Shown: piece after piece, positions 38,423-52,900 of the stretch
How positions within the stretch are numbered: the stretch's first letter is position 1
Layout of the letters: each line of letters starts with the position of its first letter
Assembly (NCBI GenBank): GCA_964016885.1
Contig: OZ024745.1
Location: 13,020,001 to 13,084,000, forward strand
Direction of reading: 5' to 3'
Length of the DNA stretch: 64,000 nt
Source of the DNA: Eledone cirrhosa
Taxonomy: Eukaryota
Position numbers and translations under genes: made by a program
Notes under the pieces: generated by a model
Seen by the model: the letters and a program-made list of their open reading frames with translations, nothing else
Database searches by the model: none
What the model was told of the DNA's origin: nothing

Positions 38423-38738
38423 GAGAAAAATTGCGCCAAACGTTTCCTTTTGAAAGAATAATGTGATTTGTCACGAGATATTACCTCTAAATATGTGTAT
38501 ACGTATACACATTACCTCTAAATATGTGTATACGTATATACGTATACACATTACCTCTAAATATGTGTATACGTATATACGTATACACATTACCTCTAAA
38601 TATGTGTATACGTATATACGTATACACATTACCTCTAAACATGTGTATACGTATATACGTATACACATATTTAGAAGTACTATCACGTGACAAATCACAT
38701 TATTCTTTCAAAAGGAAAAGTTTGGCGCCATTTTTCTC
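38423..38738. mobile_element. Palindromic MITE with an amplified 39-bp centre
   Basis: ~58-bp inverted arms (38423-38481 vs 38681-38738); full-length internal units contain the perfect palindrome TGTGTATACGTATATACGTATACACA. Confidence 0.8.
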
Positions 38739-38835
38739 GTATATACGTATTTTTTCATTGTAAGTTCGGAAAAATGATAAATTGGAATAATTCTAAAATC
38801 GGGAAAATTTTTTATATCACTCAAATGATGTTATT

Positions 38836-38940
38836 GCATTAAGCATCCTTTTCACACTTCCAGTATCGATGGAAAATGGTGAGAGTAGTTTCTCAAAGCT
38901 GAAGCTTATAAAATTTTACATTCACTCTACAATGTTGCAA
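38836..38940 (+). pseudogene. Relic of a second hAT dimerisation domain
   Basis: Translates to ALSILFTLPVSMENGESSFSKLKLIKFYIHSTMLQ. Confidence 0.65.
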
Positions 38941-39290
38941 GGGAGTTTTGTTGACTTGCATTTTTAACGATAATAAACCGATTATTAATCATTGAAAGAC
39001 TCAAAATAATAATACTATGGAATATTTTTACTGAGTCCGGTTAAGAGTATACTATTTTCCATTCCCGAGGGTATACTCTTAAGCAGACTCGACTGTACCT
39101 GCGGGGCTAGACCGAGGGGGCGGGGAAAAGTCGGGTCCCATCACAATATTCCCGTTCCATGATAGTAAGGCCCCTTCACCTGAGAGGCAAAGGTAAAACC
39201 TGCAACGATACATTTTCTCAAACAAGAACCTGGTTAATTTCGTGCTCGACAAGTCTGTTATCATAATTCAATACACATCAGCAACCAACA

Positions 39291-39342
<52 letters not shown>

Positions 39343-40047
39343 CCCTGTTGTATATCAATACTAGCTGCTTCCTACCTCTTTATCAGATAAATATTTTTTT
39401 TTACAAGCTGTTTTTTAGTCTGTTTATAGATTCTGCATGGGATTACGTTATTGTTGTTGTTTAGCCCTAGGTCAACCTTGACTAAACCACAGAATTCCAT
39501 TATGATCAACGGTATTCCAGCCACGACCATCCCGTCGTTTTAGGTGTATCTAATACGTACATTATCAGACATCGTGTTCTTTCTTAATATTTTTTTTAAG
39601 GTGGGTGGAAAGAATTGGCTGTTATTTCTAGCAAACTGAGTGCCCACATAGTATGTGTATATGGGGGAGGGGTATGTTAAAGTAAGGGAGTACAAGTGTT
39701 TGTGAAACATTTAACCATTTACATTATAAATTCAAATGTGTGGGTACTTCTTGGTGATCGAACGAAAGGAACCGATACGAGATCCATTGATTCTGTATAA
39801 GCCTATCAGAGGTTCATCGATATACCAACCATTGGTAAATATTCTCCTCACGAAGGGCGAGAGTGGCGATCGCAAACATATATACATATACACACAAACA
39901 CATACACACCACATATATATATATATACGCAGAAACACACACATACAATAACGACTAGTACTACGATTCTGGAGGAGCGAATGATGGAGAAGATGAAGCT
40001 CTCTGTCGCAGAATAAATGGTATTTAATTTTAATAATAATACTAATA

Positions 40048-40115
<68 letters not shown>

Positions 40116-40629
40116 TTCTCAATTGAATTGATTATCATTATCGTTTTTATGGCAAAAGATAGACAGAGAGGGAAAGAGATAGATAGAGGGAAAGATTTTG
40201 ACATATATATATATATATATGTATTTTGTTTTTTTATATATATATATATGATAGAAAGAAGAGAAAAAAACGAAACCCTTAGAAACGAATAAGAGTCATC
40301 AAAGCGATCATATGTATTGCTTTAAACTGTAATGCGAAGGGATACACTAGTATTTGAAGTACCATCATTTGGGATTTTAACCCTCGGACTTTCCCCTCCT
40401 GGTTTTGAAATTTAGGGAAAATTTAGGGGTGACTGGGAATATTACATAATGTAGGGATTTTCTTTTCCTTTTCTATCATTTCTTATTTATGTATTTATAT
40501 ATTTATTTATCTACTCTCGTGATTGATATTCCGACAAATGTTAGGGGTGTATTTTGGTTTTTTATTATGTCAGGTATAGCATCCAAAAATTTCTCCCTTC
40601 CCCCAATATATATATATATATATATACAA

Positions 40630-40706
40630 ACAGTGTCCCAAAAAATGTATACACACTTCAACAGCAAAGTAATCAAAGTGTGTATATATTTTTGAGGGGA
40701 CACCGT
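40630..40706. mobile_element. Tiny Tc1/mariner-like TIR remnant
   Basis: GTGTCCCAAAAAATGTATACACAC ... GTGTGTATATATTTTTGAGGGGACAC within a TA microsatellite. Confidence 0.55.
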
Positions 40707-41454
40707 GTGTATATATATATATATGTGTGTGTGTATGTGTAACTAGTAAAACTGTTAAAACGCAGCGGTATATTCTAATTTGGCCCTTTTAAGGGCCACC
40801 TATATTTTCATTTAAGTAACTCCACTTACATCTATATGCTTTAATTAAAAAAATAATAAAAAAACGCGTGAAAATTTTTTTTTTATTTAAGTAACTCCAC
40901 TTACGCGTGGTAGTAATACGGAAATAAACGCTGTTTTGCTTTCATCGGCTGCTTCAACTGACAGCTAATAGCGTTGTAGTGCCAAGAAACTTGTTGATAC
41001 TTTATAAAACAAATGAAATAGTAAAATATTATTATGCAGTGGAGTTTTGAAACAATCAAAATATTAAAACATCATAGAAATACTCTCGTGGGAAGTTACG
41101 AAACCACATCTAAACATCATCATCATCATATGTTAACTGCCACGGCTTGTATAATATATATATATATATATATAATTGTCTCTACTTTAGGCACAAGGCC
41201 AGCAATTACCCAGTGCATTACTGGTACTTTATTTTATCGACCCCGTAAGGATGAAAGGCAAAGTCAACCTCGGCGGGATTTGAACTCAGATCGTAAAGGG
41301 ACGTAACAATGAAAGCTATACCCATTTTCACAAGAGAAGGCATCTCTCACCTGACGGACGGGCAGAGTTTACAGGTCTGCCCTTCATAGAAAGCATCACA
41401 CACACATACATACACATGTTGGTGACTCAATAGAGCCAAGTCATCCACTCCATT

Positions 41455-41499
41455 ACATGGCTGAAGATTCTCAGCTACTGAGCAAACATCGTTTCATGT
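41455..41499 (+). ncRNA. Degenerate hammerhead-like motif (G12C)
   Basis: acatgg-CTGAAGA-tt ctcag cta ctgag-CAAA-catcg-TT-tcatgt; stems I and II pair, GAAA is mutated. Confidence 0.45.
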
Positions 41500-42012
41500 C
41501 ATGCTGCCCTTTCTCTTGTCACACAGTAAAGCTGCAATACTCAAATTTCAATATGCTTCAGACGTGGATAGCTGGCAACAGATATAATGACCCAACAGAG
41601 CTCTCTATGACGACAACCCTTATACGGGAGACGTTTGTACAAGGACGAGATTCGACGTTTGATCCCATTGTATGTCACTTTAGATCAGAGGTTCTCAAAC
41701 TTTTGGGGCCACCTCCCCACTCACGGCCCCATTATACCCTCAGCGCCCCCACCCCTATTTCCGGAGAGACTTGCTAACACGAAAATTATAAATGATACAT
41801 AATAGATAAAATCATTAATTTATATATGGATTGGCAGTATCGGTAGAGGGTTTGACGCCATGCTTTGCAGCAAAGAGTTACGGCCCTTTATGGTCTGAGT
41901 TCAAATCCCGCCGAGGTTAACTTTGCCTTTCATCCTTACAGGGTCGGTAAAATAAAGTACCAGTAATACACTGAGATAATTGCTGGCCTTATGCCAAAAG
42001 TAGAAACAATTA

Positions 42013-42685
42013 ATTTATGGAAGCTGAACATGTCCCTACCGGCAAGTAAAGCTTACAGGAACCGGATTAGTACGTTAGTTAAGGAGTGGTTGACTGAAGC
42101 GATCGTCAACAGCAGGTGGTGGGTATCTCTAAAGAGAGAGATTAGATTAGTCTCGATAGAATTTAGTAAGGTTTTAGCTGCGGATAGGAATAGGAAGGAA
42201 AGGGAGCTGATAGACAGAGTAGAAGAGGCAATTAGAAGCGGCGACGTGGCCTCAGAACGGCTTTGAACCAGTTTTTCGACGCGAAGCACAAAGGCTGCGT
42301 TTTCCGAAGTAAAATACGTGCTCTAGGAAACGAGGGGACCAAAGCTGTTAGCTGGGCCCGCGTGACAGAAGCCAAGAGTGGAATTAAATCCACCATCCGG
42401 TCTTTGCGAGACCAGGATGGACGAGCGATCCTTGAACCTAAGCAGATGTGTGAGGCCTTTCAAAGGCACTTTGCCCGATTGTTCAAAAAGGGCGGGGAGC
42501 TGGTTGGGGAAGTGGACTTCGGTCCATACCTCGACGGCCTGCCGCGTCTTTCGGACGAGGAGGCGAAGTCCTGTGAGGAACCGATTTCAGCCGCTGAGAT
42601 AGAGGCTGTGCTGAGCCAATGCGGCAAACGCAAATCCCCGGTCTCGATGGTCTTCCATACGAACTATATCTAGCTATGCCGGACT
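42013..42685 (+). mobile_element. L1/Tx1-clade LINE ORF2 fragment
   Basis: WKLNMSL, WWVSLKREIR and PGLDGLPYELY motifs; frameshifted. Confidence 0.8.
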
Positions 42686-43306
42686 TGTTGCCCTTCCTAA
42701 CACCAACCTCATTTGCAGAGAGTGCTGGGTGCTTTTTTGGCGTGGCACCTCCACGACCACTTTGCAGTGGAATGATAGGGACCCCAGTCCCTATCATCTC
42801 ATTTCTTCAGCTGAGTAAACTGGAGCAATGTGAAATAAAGTGTCTTGCTCAAGGAAACAACACATCACCACGTCTGAGAATTTTTCATGGAGGCACATGG
42901 CTTAGTGGTTAGAGCATTGGCCTTGCAATAGAAAGGTTGTGAGTTCAATTCTCAGACCGGGTGATGTGTTGTTTCCTTGAGCAAGACACTTTATTTCACA
43001 TTGCTCCAGTTTACTCAGCTGAAGAAATGAGATGATAGGGATTGGGGTCCCTATCATTCCACTGCAAAGTGGTCATGGAGGTGCCACGGCAAAAAAGCAG
43101 CCAGCACTCACAGAAAATGAGGTTGGTGTTAGGAAGGGCATCCAGCTGTAGAAATCAAGCCAGAATCAGTTCCCGTCCCACCCTTGCAAGCAGGGAAAAG
43201 CGAACGTAAAATGAAATGATGATGATGAAATGATATATATATATATATATATATAGAATAAGTAAAAGCGAAGTAGTTTCAGATGTTCAAGTCCTTTAAT
43301 AATAAT

Positions 43307-43380
43307 GGTGTGATATATATTTCAATGACGACACTGGCCACACTGTTCTGTGTGCGAGTGTCGTGACATCATCAGACAGC
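43307..43380 (-). ncRNA. Type I hammerhead with long stem II
   Basis: gctgt-CTGATGA-tgtc acgacact..cacac/gtgtg..agtgtcgt catt-GAAA-tatata-TC-acacc; one mismatch in stem I. Confidence 0.7.
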
Positions 43381-44196
43381 TTGTTACATAATAATGTTAT
43401 GTTTCCGAGGCAATCTAAGTTAAATCGACATGGGAACGGACGAAGTGTGTGCTTTTGGGTTCTTCATCCGTTCCCCTGTGAGTACCAATTCACCCCCACC
43501 GGTCTGCGCAGGCGCATGTCCGAAGGAAGTTGACCATTAGCTACCGCCGATTTCAACGAAATTCGCTTAGTCAGTTCACTCTCTCAGCCAAACAATGACC
43601 CATTTAGGCCTGTACCATAGTTTACTGCTACCCGTCCCTTCTGTGGCAGTCAGCCGAAAGCCAGAGGGGATGGGAGAGTGTTAGTTTTTACAGGTCCCAA
43701 TACTATACCTCTCACCTTGCATGGGTTTGGACGGGCGTTTTCCCACTTGAGGCAAGAGTGGTTGTCTTGCTCGCATAGGACTGTCTGGCGGGTTTTCTAC
43801 GGCTGGATGCCCTTCCTAACACCAACCACGTTTACAGTGTGGACTGGGAGGTTTTTACCGTGTTACCTACACGGCCACATTACAGCGTGGACTGTGTGTT
43901 TTTTGTCGTGACACCTACACGACCTCATTTGTTTCGGACTGGATGTTGTGGTACCAACATAACTTTACATTGAAAGGGGTGGTGTGGATGGGGTGGGGGT
44001 AGTGGGACGGGGTGTATTTTTGTTATATATATATATATATAGTGTTAGTAAATTCTGTACCATACAGTTTTGTCAGCACAAGTCTAGGTCACAATTTATG
44101 CAAATAAAATTAAAGGAGAATAACTTCAGAATAGACAAGTTTTATTTAAAACATTTATAACATTGGTGGCACTATTTTGGGTGAGTGATAGGGTCT

Positions 44197-44685
<489 letters not shown>

Positions 44686-44686
<1 letters not shown>

Positions 44687-45187
44687 GTAGATGTGTGTGT
44701 ATGTAACACAGTAGATGTGTGTGTGTAATCCAGTAGATGTGTGTGTGTAATCCAGTAGATGTGTGTGTATGTAACAGTAGATGTGTGTATGCAACTCAGT
44801 AGATGTGTGTGTAACACAGTAGATGTGTGTGTGTAACACAGTAGATGTGTGTAACACAGATGTGTGTGTATGTATCTCAGTAGATGTGTGTGTAACACAG
44901 TAGATGTGTGCATGTAACACAGTAGATGTGTGTATGTAACTCAGTATATGTGTGTGTATGTAACTCAGTAGATCTGTGTGTATGTAACACAGTAGATGTG
45001 TGTGTGTATGTTGCACAGTAGATGTGTGTGTGTATGTTGCACAGTAGATGTGTGTGTACGTTGCACAATAGATGTGTGTGTAACACAGTAGATGTGTGTA
45101 TATAACACAGTAGATATGTGTATGTAACACAGTAGATATGTGTGTATGTAACACAGTAGATGTGTGTGTATGTAACTCACATGTAAC
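44686..45187. repeat. ~22-26-bp minisatellite (CAGTAGATGTGTGTGTATGTAACA) truncating the ZNF paralog
   Basis: Read directly; abuts the finger-coding sequence. Confidence 0.9.
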
Positions 45188-45389
45188 AGTGGAATCTGCT
45201 AAGTTTAAAATATCACGTCAACATTTCAGTTTGGAAGTTTTTTTTCTATATATAAAAGTGGAGAAATATATTTTTCCAATGTTATATATATTTTCACTTG
45301 TATATAATTACTGGATCGTTGTAGGGTTCACATAATTATATTATTTACAAACATTAATATAGACATTAAGTAAATCTTTGTTAACTTAC

Positions 45390-45507
45390 CTCCTTCAGAT
45401 ATAATCAATGTGATTAATGACATTAACGTTGGTGTATCTTCTTTATCTTTAGTCATAAATTGATATCTTGTTAGAATGAAGTAGTGAGGCTGACTTTATG
45501 TCTTTAG
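45390..45507 (-). other. Possible (non-coding) upstream exon of the ZNF paralog
   Basis: Minus strand ctgtag| acceptor and GAG|GTAAGT donor; splice signals only. Confidence 0.3.
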
Positions 45508-46039
45508 CTACAGATTTGATAGGAAATATATATATATATTAGGTTGATATGTGGTCTAAAATATATATATATATATTGTCTATAAACGACTGATAGCAGA
45601 TGTTCTGGTGAAATAGTAGGTTTACTACTACAGATTGTAATGGAACTCTTAGTAGACACAATTGTAAAGTAAGAATAGATATGACAGTGTAAGACTGATG
45701 TCGGGGAGAGAAAATTGTGTGTATATATATATATATAATTGTTACACAAGATATAATTAGATTAATTAAAGTTATAATTATTTCTACTATTGGCACAAGG
45801 CCAGCAATTACCCAGTACATTACTGGTACTTTATTTTATCGACCCCGTAAGGATGAAAGGCAAAGTTAACCTCGGCAGGATTTGAACTCAGACCATAAAG
45901 GGCCGTAACTCTTTGCTGCAAAGCATGGCGTCCGACCCTCTACCGATACTGCCAATCCACCGCCCTTAAATAATTGTTTCTACTTTTTGGCACAAGGCCA
46001 GCAATTTACCAGTGCATTACTGGTACTTTATTTTCCATC

Positions 46040-47340
46040 AATTTCAAGCGGTCAACCTTTTACACAGCATCTCTACCTTCATACACATCACATGTCCATA
46101 CCACAGCAATCTTCTCTCCTGCATAATGTATCTTATCCCTCTTATGCCCAGGTTCTCTCTCAGTTTATTTACACTTTGTTCTTCATGTATATTAATATTA
46201 CACATCCATTGGAGAATTCAAGCTTCATTTCTATCCAATCTTCGGAGGTCCTCTGCACACACACCGCCCACATCTCACTGCAATGCAGCATTGCTGTTCA
46301 TATGCAGACATCACTTTGATGAAACAACCTTTTGTAGCTAGCAGCAGTAGTAGCAACCTAAACCTTTGCCATCTTGTTCTTACTCTGGTTACTGTACTTT
46401 CAGAACACCTACCTCCACTGCATATTTGGTCACCTAGGTAACAGAAACTGTCAACTGCTTCTATGGAATCTTTTAAATATTTGATAGAGCTTGTTTCCTA
46501 AAAGCGATTGCTTCTTACTGCTCCAGTGCAATGACCCCATGTAAAATCTACTTTCTTAGCTAACTCACCTTGGGCATGCTGACATATATTAAAAGGAAGT
46601 TCTTTCCTCCAACAATTTTCACCCCAAACAGACGAGTTTCATATTGTCAAAAAGGGAGGTAAATCTTTAGTGGTGGAATTGTCAGACTTAATTATATATG
46701 TAATTAGATACACATAGAAGTGGTTGATAGCTTTTGCAATCTAGGTGACTTAATTAGCAGTGGAGTGGGCTGCTCTGAAAGATGAATAGCTAGAATAAGG
46801 ATAGGATGGAAAAAGTTTAGAGAGCTACTGCAACAGTTGACCACAAAAGGTTTCTCTCTGTATAAAAGGAGGACTGTATGACACATGTGGGTGATGTGCA
46901 ATGATGCATGGTAACGAAACAAGGGCTGTGACGGCAGAGGATATGTAGACTGGAGAGAAATGCAACAACCATGCTTTGTAGGATATGTTGTGTAAGTGTG
47001 AGAGAAAGGCAGAGCTTGGACAAGTTCAAGAAGAAGCTGGGTTTAAGAGTGATCCGAAGTGGTGTGTAAGAGAGAAGACTGTGTTTGTACGGACATGTGA
47101 TGCACATGGATAATGACTACTGGGTGAAGAAGTGCCAGGAAATCCCAGTGGAAGGAAGCCATAGTAGAGGTAGACCAAGAAAGACCTGGACAGAGGCTGT
47201 GTGAACTGACTTCTAATCACTGACTCTCACAGAGGAGATGACAAAGGAACACGACGAGTTCAAAGATGCCATGTTGAGAAGGACCTGTGCAACCCAAGCA
47301 AGCATGGAAAAATGGACATAAAAACAGTGATGATATTGAT
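46040..47340. mobile_element. Two old RTE fragments in opposite orientation (46040-46570 minus, 46715-47340 plus)
   Basis: FCYLGD / GWKKFREL / LERN / YGHVMH-like remnants. Confidence 0.75.
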
Positions 47341-47596
47341 GAAAATGACGTACATATACACACATACATACACAAATAAATCAAACACAGATATGCACAT
47401 ACTTATATACAAACATATACATGAACACAAATTTTTACACACATACATTCACATATATATATAACGTATGTAAATTCTGAACAATACAGTTTTGTCAGCA
47501 CAAGTCTTGGTTACAACTTCTACAAATAAAATGAAAGGAGAAGAATTTCGTAGTAAAACAGTTTTATTCAAAATATTAACATTGGTGGCACTATTT

Positions 47597-48371
47597 TGGG
47601 TGAGTGATATGGTTTTTATCTTGTCTCATTGTGTTGCATTAAGTAATCTTTACAAGAGAACGATTTATCACAGACATCACAGTGATATAGTTCCTCTCCT
47701 GTAGATGTTAGTGTGTAGTGAAGCCACAACATTTAGACAATGATTTACCACAGACATCACAGTGATATGGTTCCTCTCCTGTATATGTTAGTGTCTAGTG
47801 AAGCTACAACATTCAGAGAAGCATTTACCACAGACATCACAGTGATATGGTTCCTCTCCTGTATGTATATGTTAGTGTCTAGTGAAGCCACAACATTTAG
47901 AGAATGATTTACCAAATATATCAAAGTGATATGGCTTCCCAACTGTATGTTTGTGTGTAGTTAATGTAACATTGAAAGAGAATGATTTCCTTCAGATGTT
48001 ACAATGATAAGTATTTGTATTCTCATTAATTCACAATTTTGAGGGAATGATTATCACTGATGTCATGATGCGATATGATTTCTCCTCTGCATGTATAAGT
48101 TTGTGAGTAGTTATGCTACTTTTCCCAGAGAATGATTTACCACAGATCTCACAGTGATATGATTTCTCTCCAGAATGGGTACGTTTGTGACTAGTTAAAC
48201 TACCCAATTGAGAGAAGGATTTACTACAGATATCACAGTGATATGGCTTGTCTCCTGTATGTATATGTTTGCGTTGTAGTTAAGCTACTACTTTGAGAGA
48301 ATGATTAACCACAGATATCACAGTGATATGGTGTGCCTCCTGTATGTATACGTTTATGGCTAGTTAAGGAA
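47597..48371 (-). pseudogene. Degenerate zinc-finger repeats downstream of the ZNF stop codon
   Basis: ~84-nt finger units continue with indels and stops. Confidence 0.8.
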
Positions 48372-49391
<1,020 letters not shown>

Positions 49392-49929
49392 TCAACTGTG
49401 ATTTCATTTAATATCTGAAGATAATACAAACTTATATTTCATCCAAGTTTAGTTAAAATACAAAATCATCTCATAGTGAAGAAAATAAACTCAGTTTTGA
49501 GGAAATACTTCACAGTAATTCAATGACAGATTTATATAAACGGTGTTATATGAGTTCTGTATAAAACGTTTTAGTCTTCAAATGATTTTAAATAGAGGTG
49601 ATGTATCCAAGATTGAAAATAATAATTTATCCCAATGTCATCTGATATTCTGAAATAAGAAAGAAACAGTATGAGATAATAGAGAATACTTAAAAAGCAG
49701 AGATAGATTTAACAGTGGAAATTTTATATTTCTATATTGGTAAACTGTAGATATCAACTTTCCTGTCCAGAGCAATTCTCTCCAATGTAAGCAGTGGTAT
49801 TTCAGCATGCTATATAAATGTTATCCTTCTATCTCTTCAGAGGTCTGCTCTATGGCAGTTTAGCATAAAATTCATTCTTATAGGACTTATAAGAAAGAAA
49901 CAGTATGAGATAATAGAGAATACTTAAAA

Positions 49930-52900
49930 TACAGGGAGGATCCCAGACCAAAAAAAGAGACATCATAATGCTATGATGGATGGAATCTGGGAGATGGTCC
50001 AGCTAAAATCCTGGTCCTTTCAGTGCCTGGCCTGTGTGCCTGCCTCCACTAATGTTATTGAAAAACAACAACAACAACAAAAACCAATGACTGTATCTTC
50101 CTCTACCATTGTTACTGAACAATGGCAAAAACCTATGACACTAGCTTCTACTGCTATTCCTGTGGGAGAACATCAGAAACAACAACAACCCATGTCTTCC
50201 GCTCCCAGTACATCTCGACACAAACAACCTGCGCTGTGTCTTCCCCTATCATTCCTGTGGAGGAACATCATCATCACCAACAACAACAACAACAGCAACA
50301 ACCTGCGACTGTGTCTTCCCCTACCATTCCCGTGGAGGAACATCATCATCACCAACAACAACAATAGCAACAGCAACAGCAGCAACAACAACAACAACAA
50401 CCGACCAGTACAGATTTTGCAGAATTGCAACTAATGATTTCTGCTTTAAGAAGGGAAGTACCAGGAATAAAGGCAAGCATTCAGGTAGGACCCCACAATG
50501 AGGGGTCTTATCGGAATGCCTTGCTAAAGAATCTCCCTGTACCTCTTGCCGTATCTGGCCACACTGAAAAGACTGCGGAATCTGCTACCCATGAAGTAAT
50601 TGCCATTGGGGTACCAGAGGACAAGGCTGATCTTCAGGCATTTGCTGCCAGCTCAGCCAAAGACCTAGGCTGTGTTCCCCCAAAGGGTGCTCTCCGCCTT
50701 GGTTGACGTGGTCCAAAACCCAGACTCATCAGGCTGTCTTTTTCGGACCCCGCTGAGGCAACCTCATACCATCTGGCCTCTGTTAAAGCTGGGCGTGAAA
50801 ATCGGATTACCTTCCGAACACGCCCAGGCCTACCACCCCATGTACGTCCAAAGCTCCGTGCTGCAGCTTCCTTGAATCGGAACTCAGCACAACATGAAAG
50901 TTTTAGTCTGCGTGATGATGGGCAGATCTGGAGGTTTGTCAAGGCTGGTGAAACGTGGAAGAGAGATACCAGCTGGTCTGAGTGTGATCTACCCACAATA
51001 ACTGGCTATGTAAAAACTGCTACAACTCTGGGAAACTAAACCAGAACAACCTGCCACCCTCTACACACCATCATAAACTGCGAGCAGGGTACAAATTGTT
51101 GTCCTTAAATGCTCGCAGTTTATGCAACAAGATACATCTGTTTGAATCCTACGTCAGAAGCATCGACCCTGACTTCATCACAGTCACAGAAACATGGGCA
51201 CATTCCTTACTCTGTGATGGGGTTTTCAGCATTACTGGGTACAACCTTTTCAGCAAGGACCGCATTAATCGCCGTGGTGGTGGTGTGATGGTCTACGTTC
51301 GTTCAAACTTTTCGGTAATTCCTTGCGTTGATTTGAACGAATCACAGGAAGAAGTTTTTTTCTGTGACATATGTATGACCATGTCATCACTTCTGCTTGG
51401 TGTTGTTTATCGCCCCCCCAAACTACCATCAGGACACACAGCTTTGCGATATCCTCAGAGTTGCTGCCAAGAAACAGCCACTTATGTGTTTATTGCAGGT
51501 GACTTCAATCATCCTGAGATCGATTGGGAAACTTTTCGTTGGCCACAAGGTGCAAACGATTTCCTTGAACTAGTGCTGGACTCAAACTGGTCACCTCTCC
51601 AACAAGAGGTGACAACACTTTGGACCTGATCTTCACCACTACTCCTGAAGTGGTTATCAGTTGTACTACTGAGGAACCTCTAGGCGACTCTGATCATGCT
51701 ATGATCATTGCCAATCTGGCACTTGAGGGCAGCAACAAAAACCAGAGCCATCTCCAATCTGCTTGCTTTGATTGGAAGAGGGCGGATTGGAACTTGTACT
51801 GCACTGAGCTACAGCGCCCAAACTGGCATGAGATGTATAACTCTGGAGATGTGAACACTATACTCCAGAGCATCCTGGACTCAATATGGATAGTGTGTGC
51901 AGCATCGGTGCCATGTAAGCGGAAAAATAACCACCCCAAAAGTGCAATTTGGGAAACTTCAGCGGTCCGACTTGCCAGGAAAGAACGTCGGAACGCTGAA
52001 CGGGAATATAAACTGCATAAATCAGATGCCAACAGAAAAAAGCGGAATAAATCTTCTAACCATCTCAAGCAAGTGACAAAGAAGGCAGTGCTTGAATTTG
52101 AACAGTGCATAGCAACCAATCCTGACGGTAAGGTGTTCTGGAAATATGTTCATTCAAAGCAGAGACCTCACTCTCCAGTTGGTCCTCTTCGCAATCCCCA
52201 CACAAGCCAGATCACTGACGATCCCAAAGAATGCGCAGAACTCATTGCTGAGTGCTATGCAAGTATTTTTACTGTTGAAAACCAGAATGTACCATCTCCA
52301 CCATCTCTAACATCAAATTCCATAACAACTATGGAATTTACACCTGCAATATTGCGACGTCACCTTAAGAATAAGCGCAACTATGCCTCCCCTGGTCTTG
52401 ATGGTGTGACATACCTGCTTCTCAAACGTGGCGGGTATTTCCTTTTGCGCCAGCTTTCTTTCAATACTGTCTCAACAATGGTGCTACTCCAGAGCAGTGG
52501 AAAACTGCCAGTGTCATTCGCCTGTTCAAAAAGGGCAACCGCATGTCACCTGTCAACTATCGTGCAGTCAGTCTTACTAGCTGTATGGCCAAACTGATGG
52601 AATCCTGTGTCAGAGAAACACTTTTGAACTTCTGGAGCTCTCACAGCCTCATCCGGCCCTCACAGTTTGGATTTATCCCTAACTCCAGCTGCTGTGATCA
52701 GCTTATCGAGTTCCTTGAAGACATCACTCAGATCACTGACAGCGGCTCATGGGTGGATGTTGTTTACCTTGACTTTGCTAAGGCTTTTAATTCTGTGCCA
52801 CACAAAAGACTTATGGCAAAACTCTCTGCAATGGGTGTGAGGGATGATCTTTTCGACTGGTTGAAATCCTTCATTCTCAGCCGAAAGAAGTAGTCACGGT

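Noticed and set aside
39060-39290. GC-box-containing patch as a promoter
   Set aside because: No linked exon or other support from sequence alone.
49655-49929. 41-bp direct repeat as the TSD of the CR1 element
   Set aside because: Both copies lie on the same side of the LINE; it is a local duplication around a ~190-bp insert.
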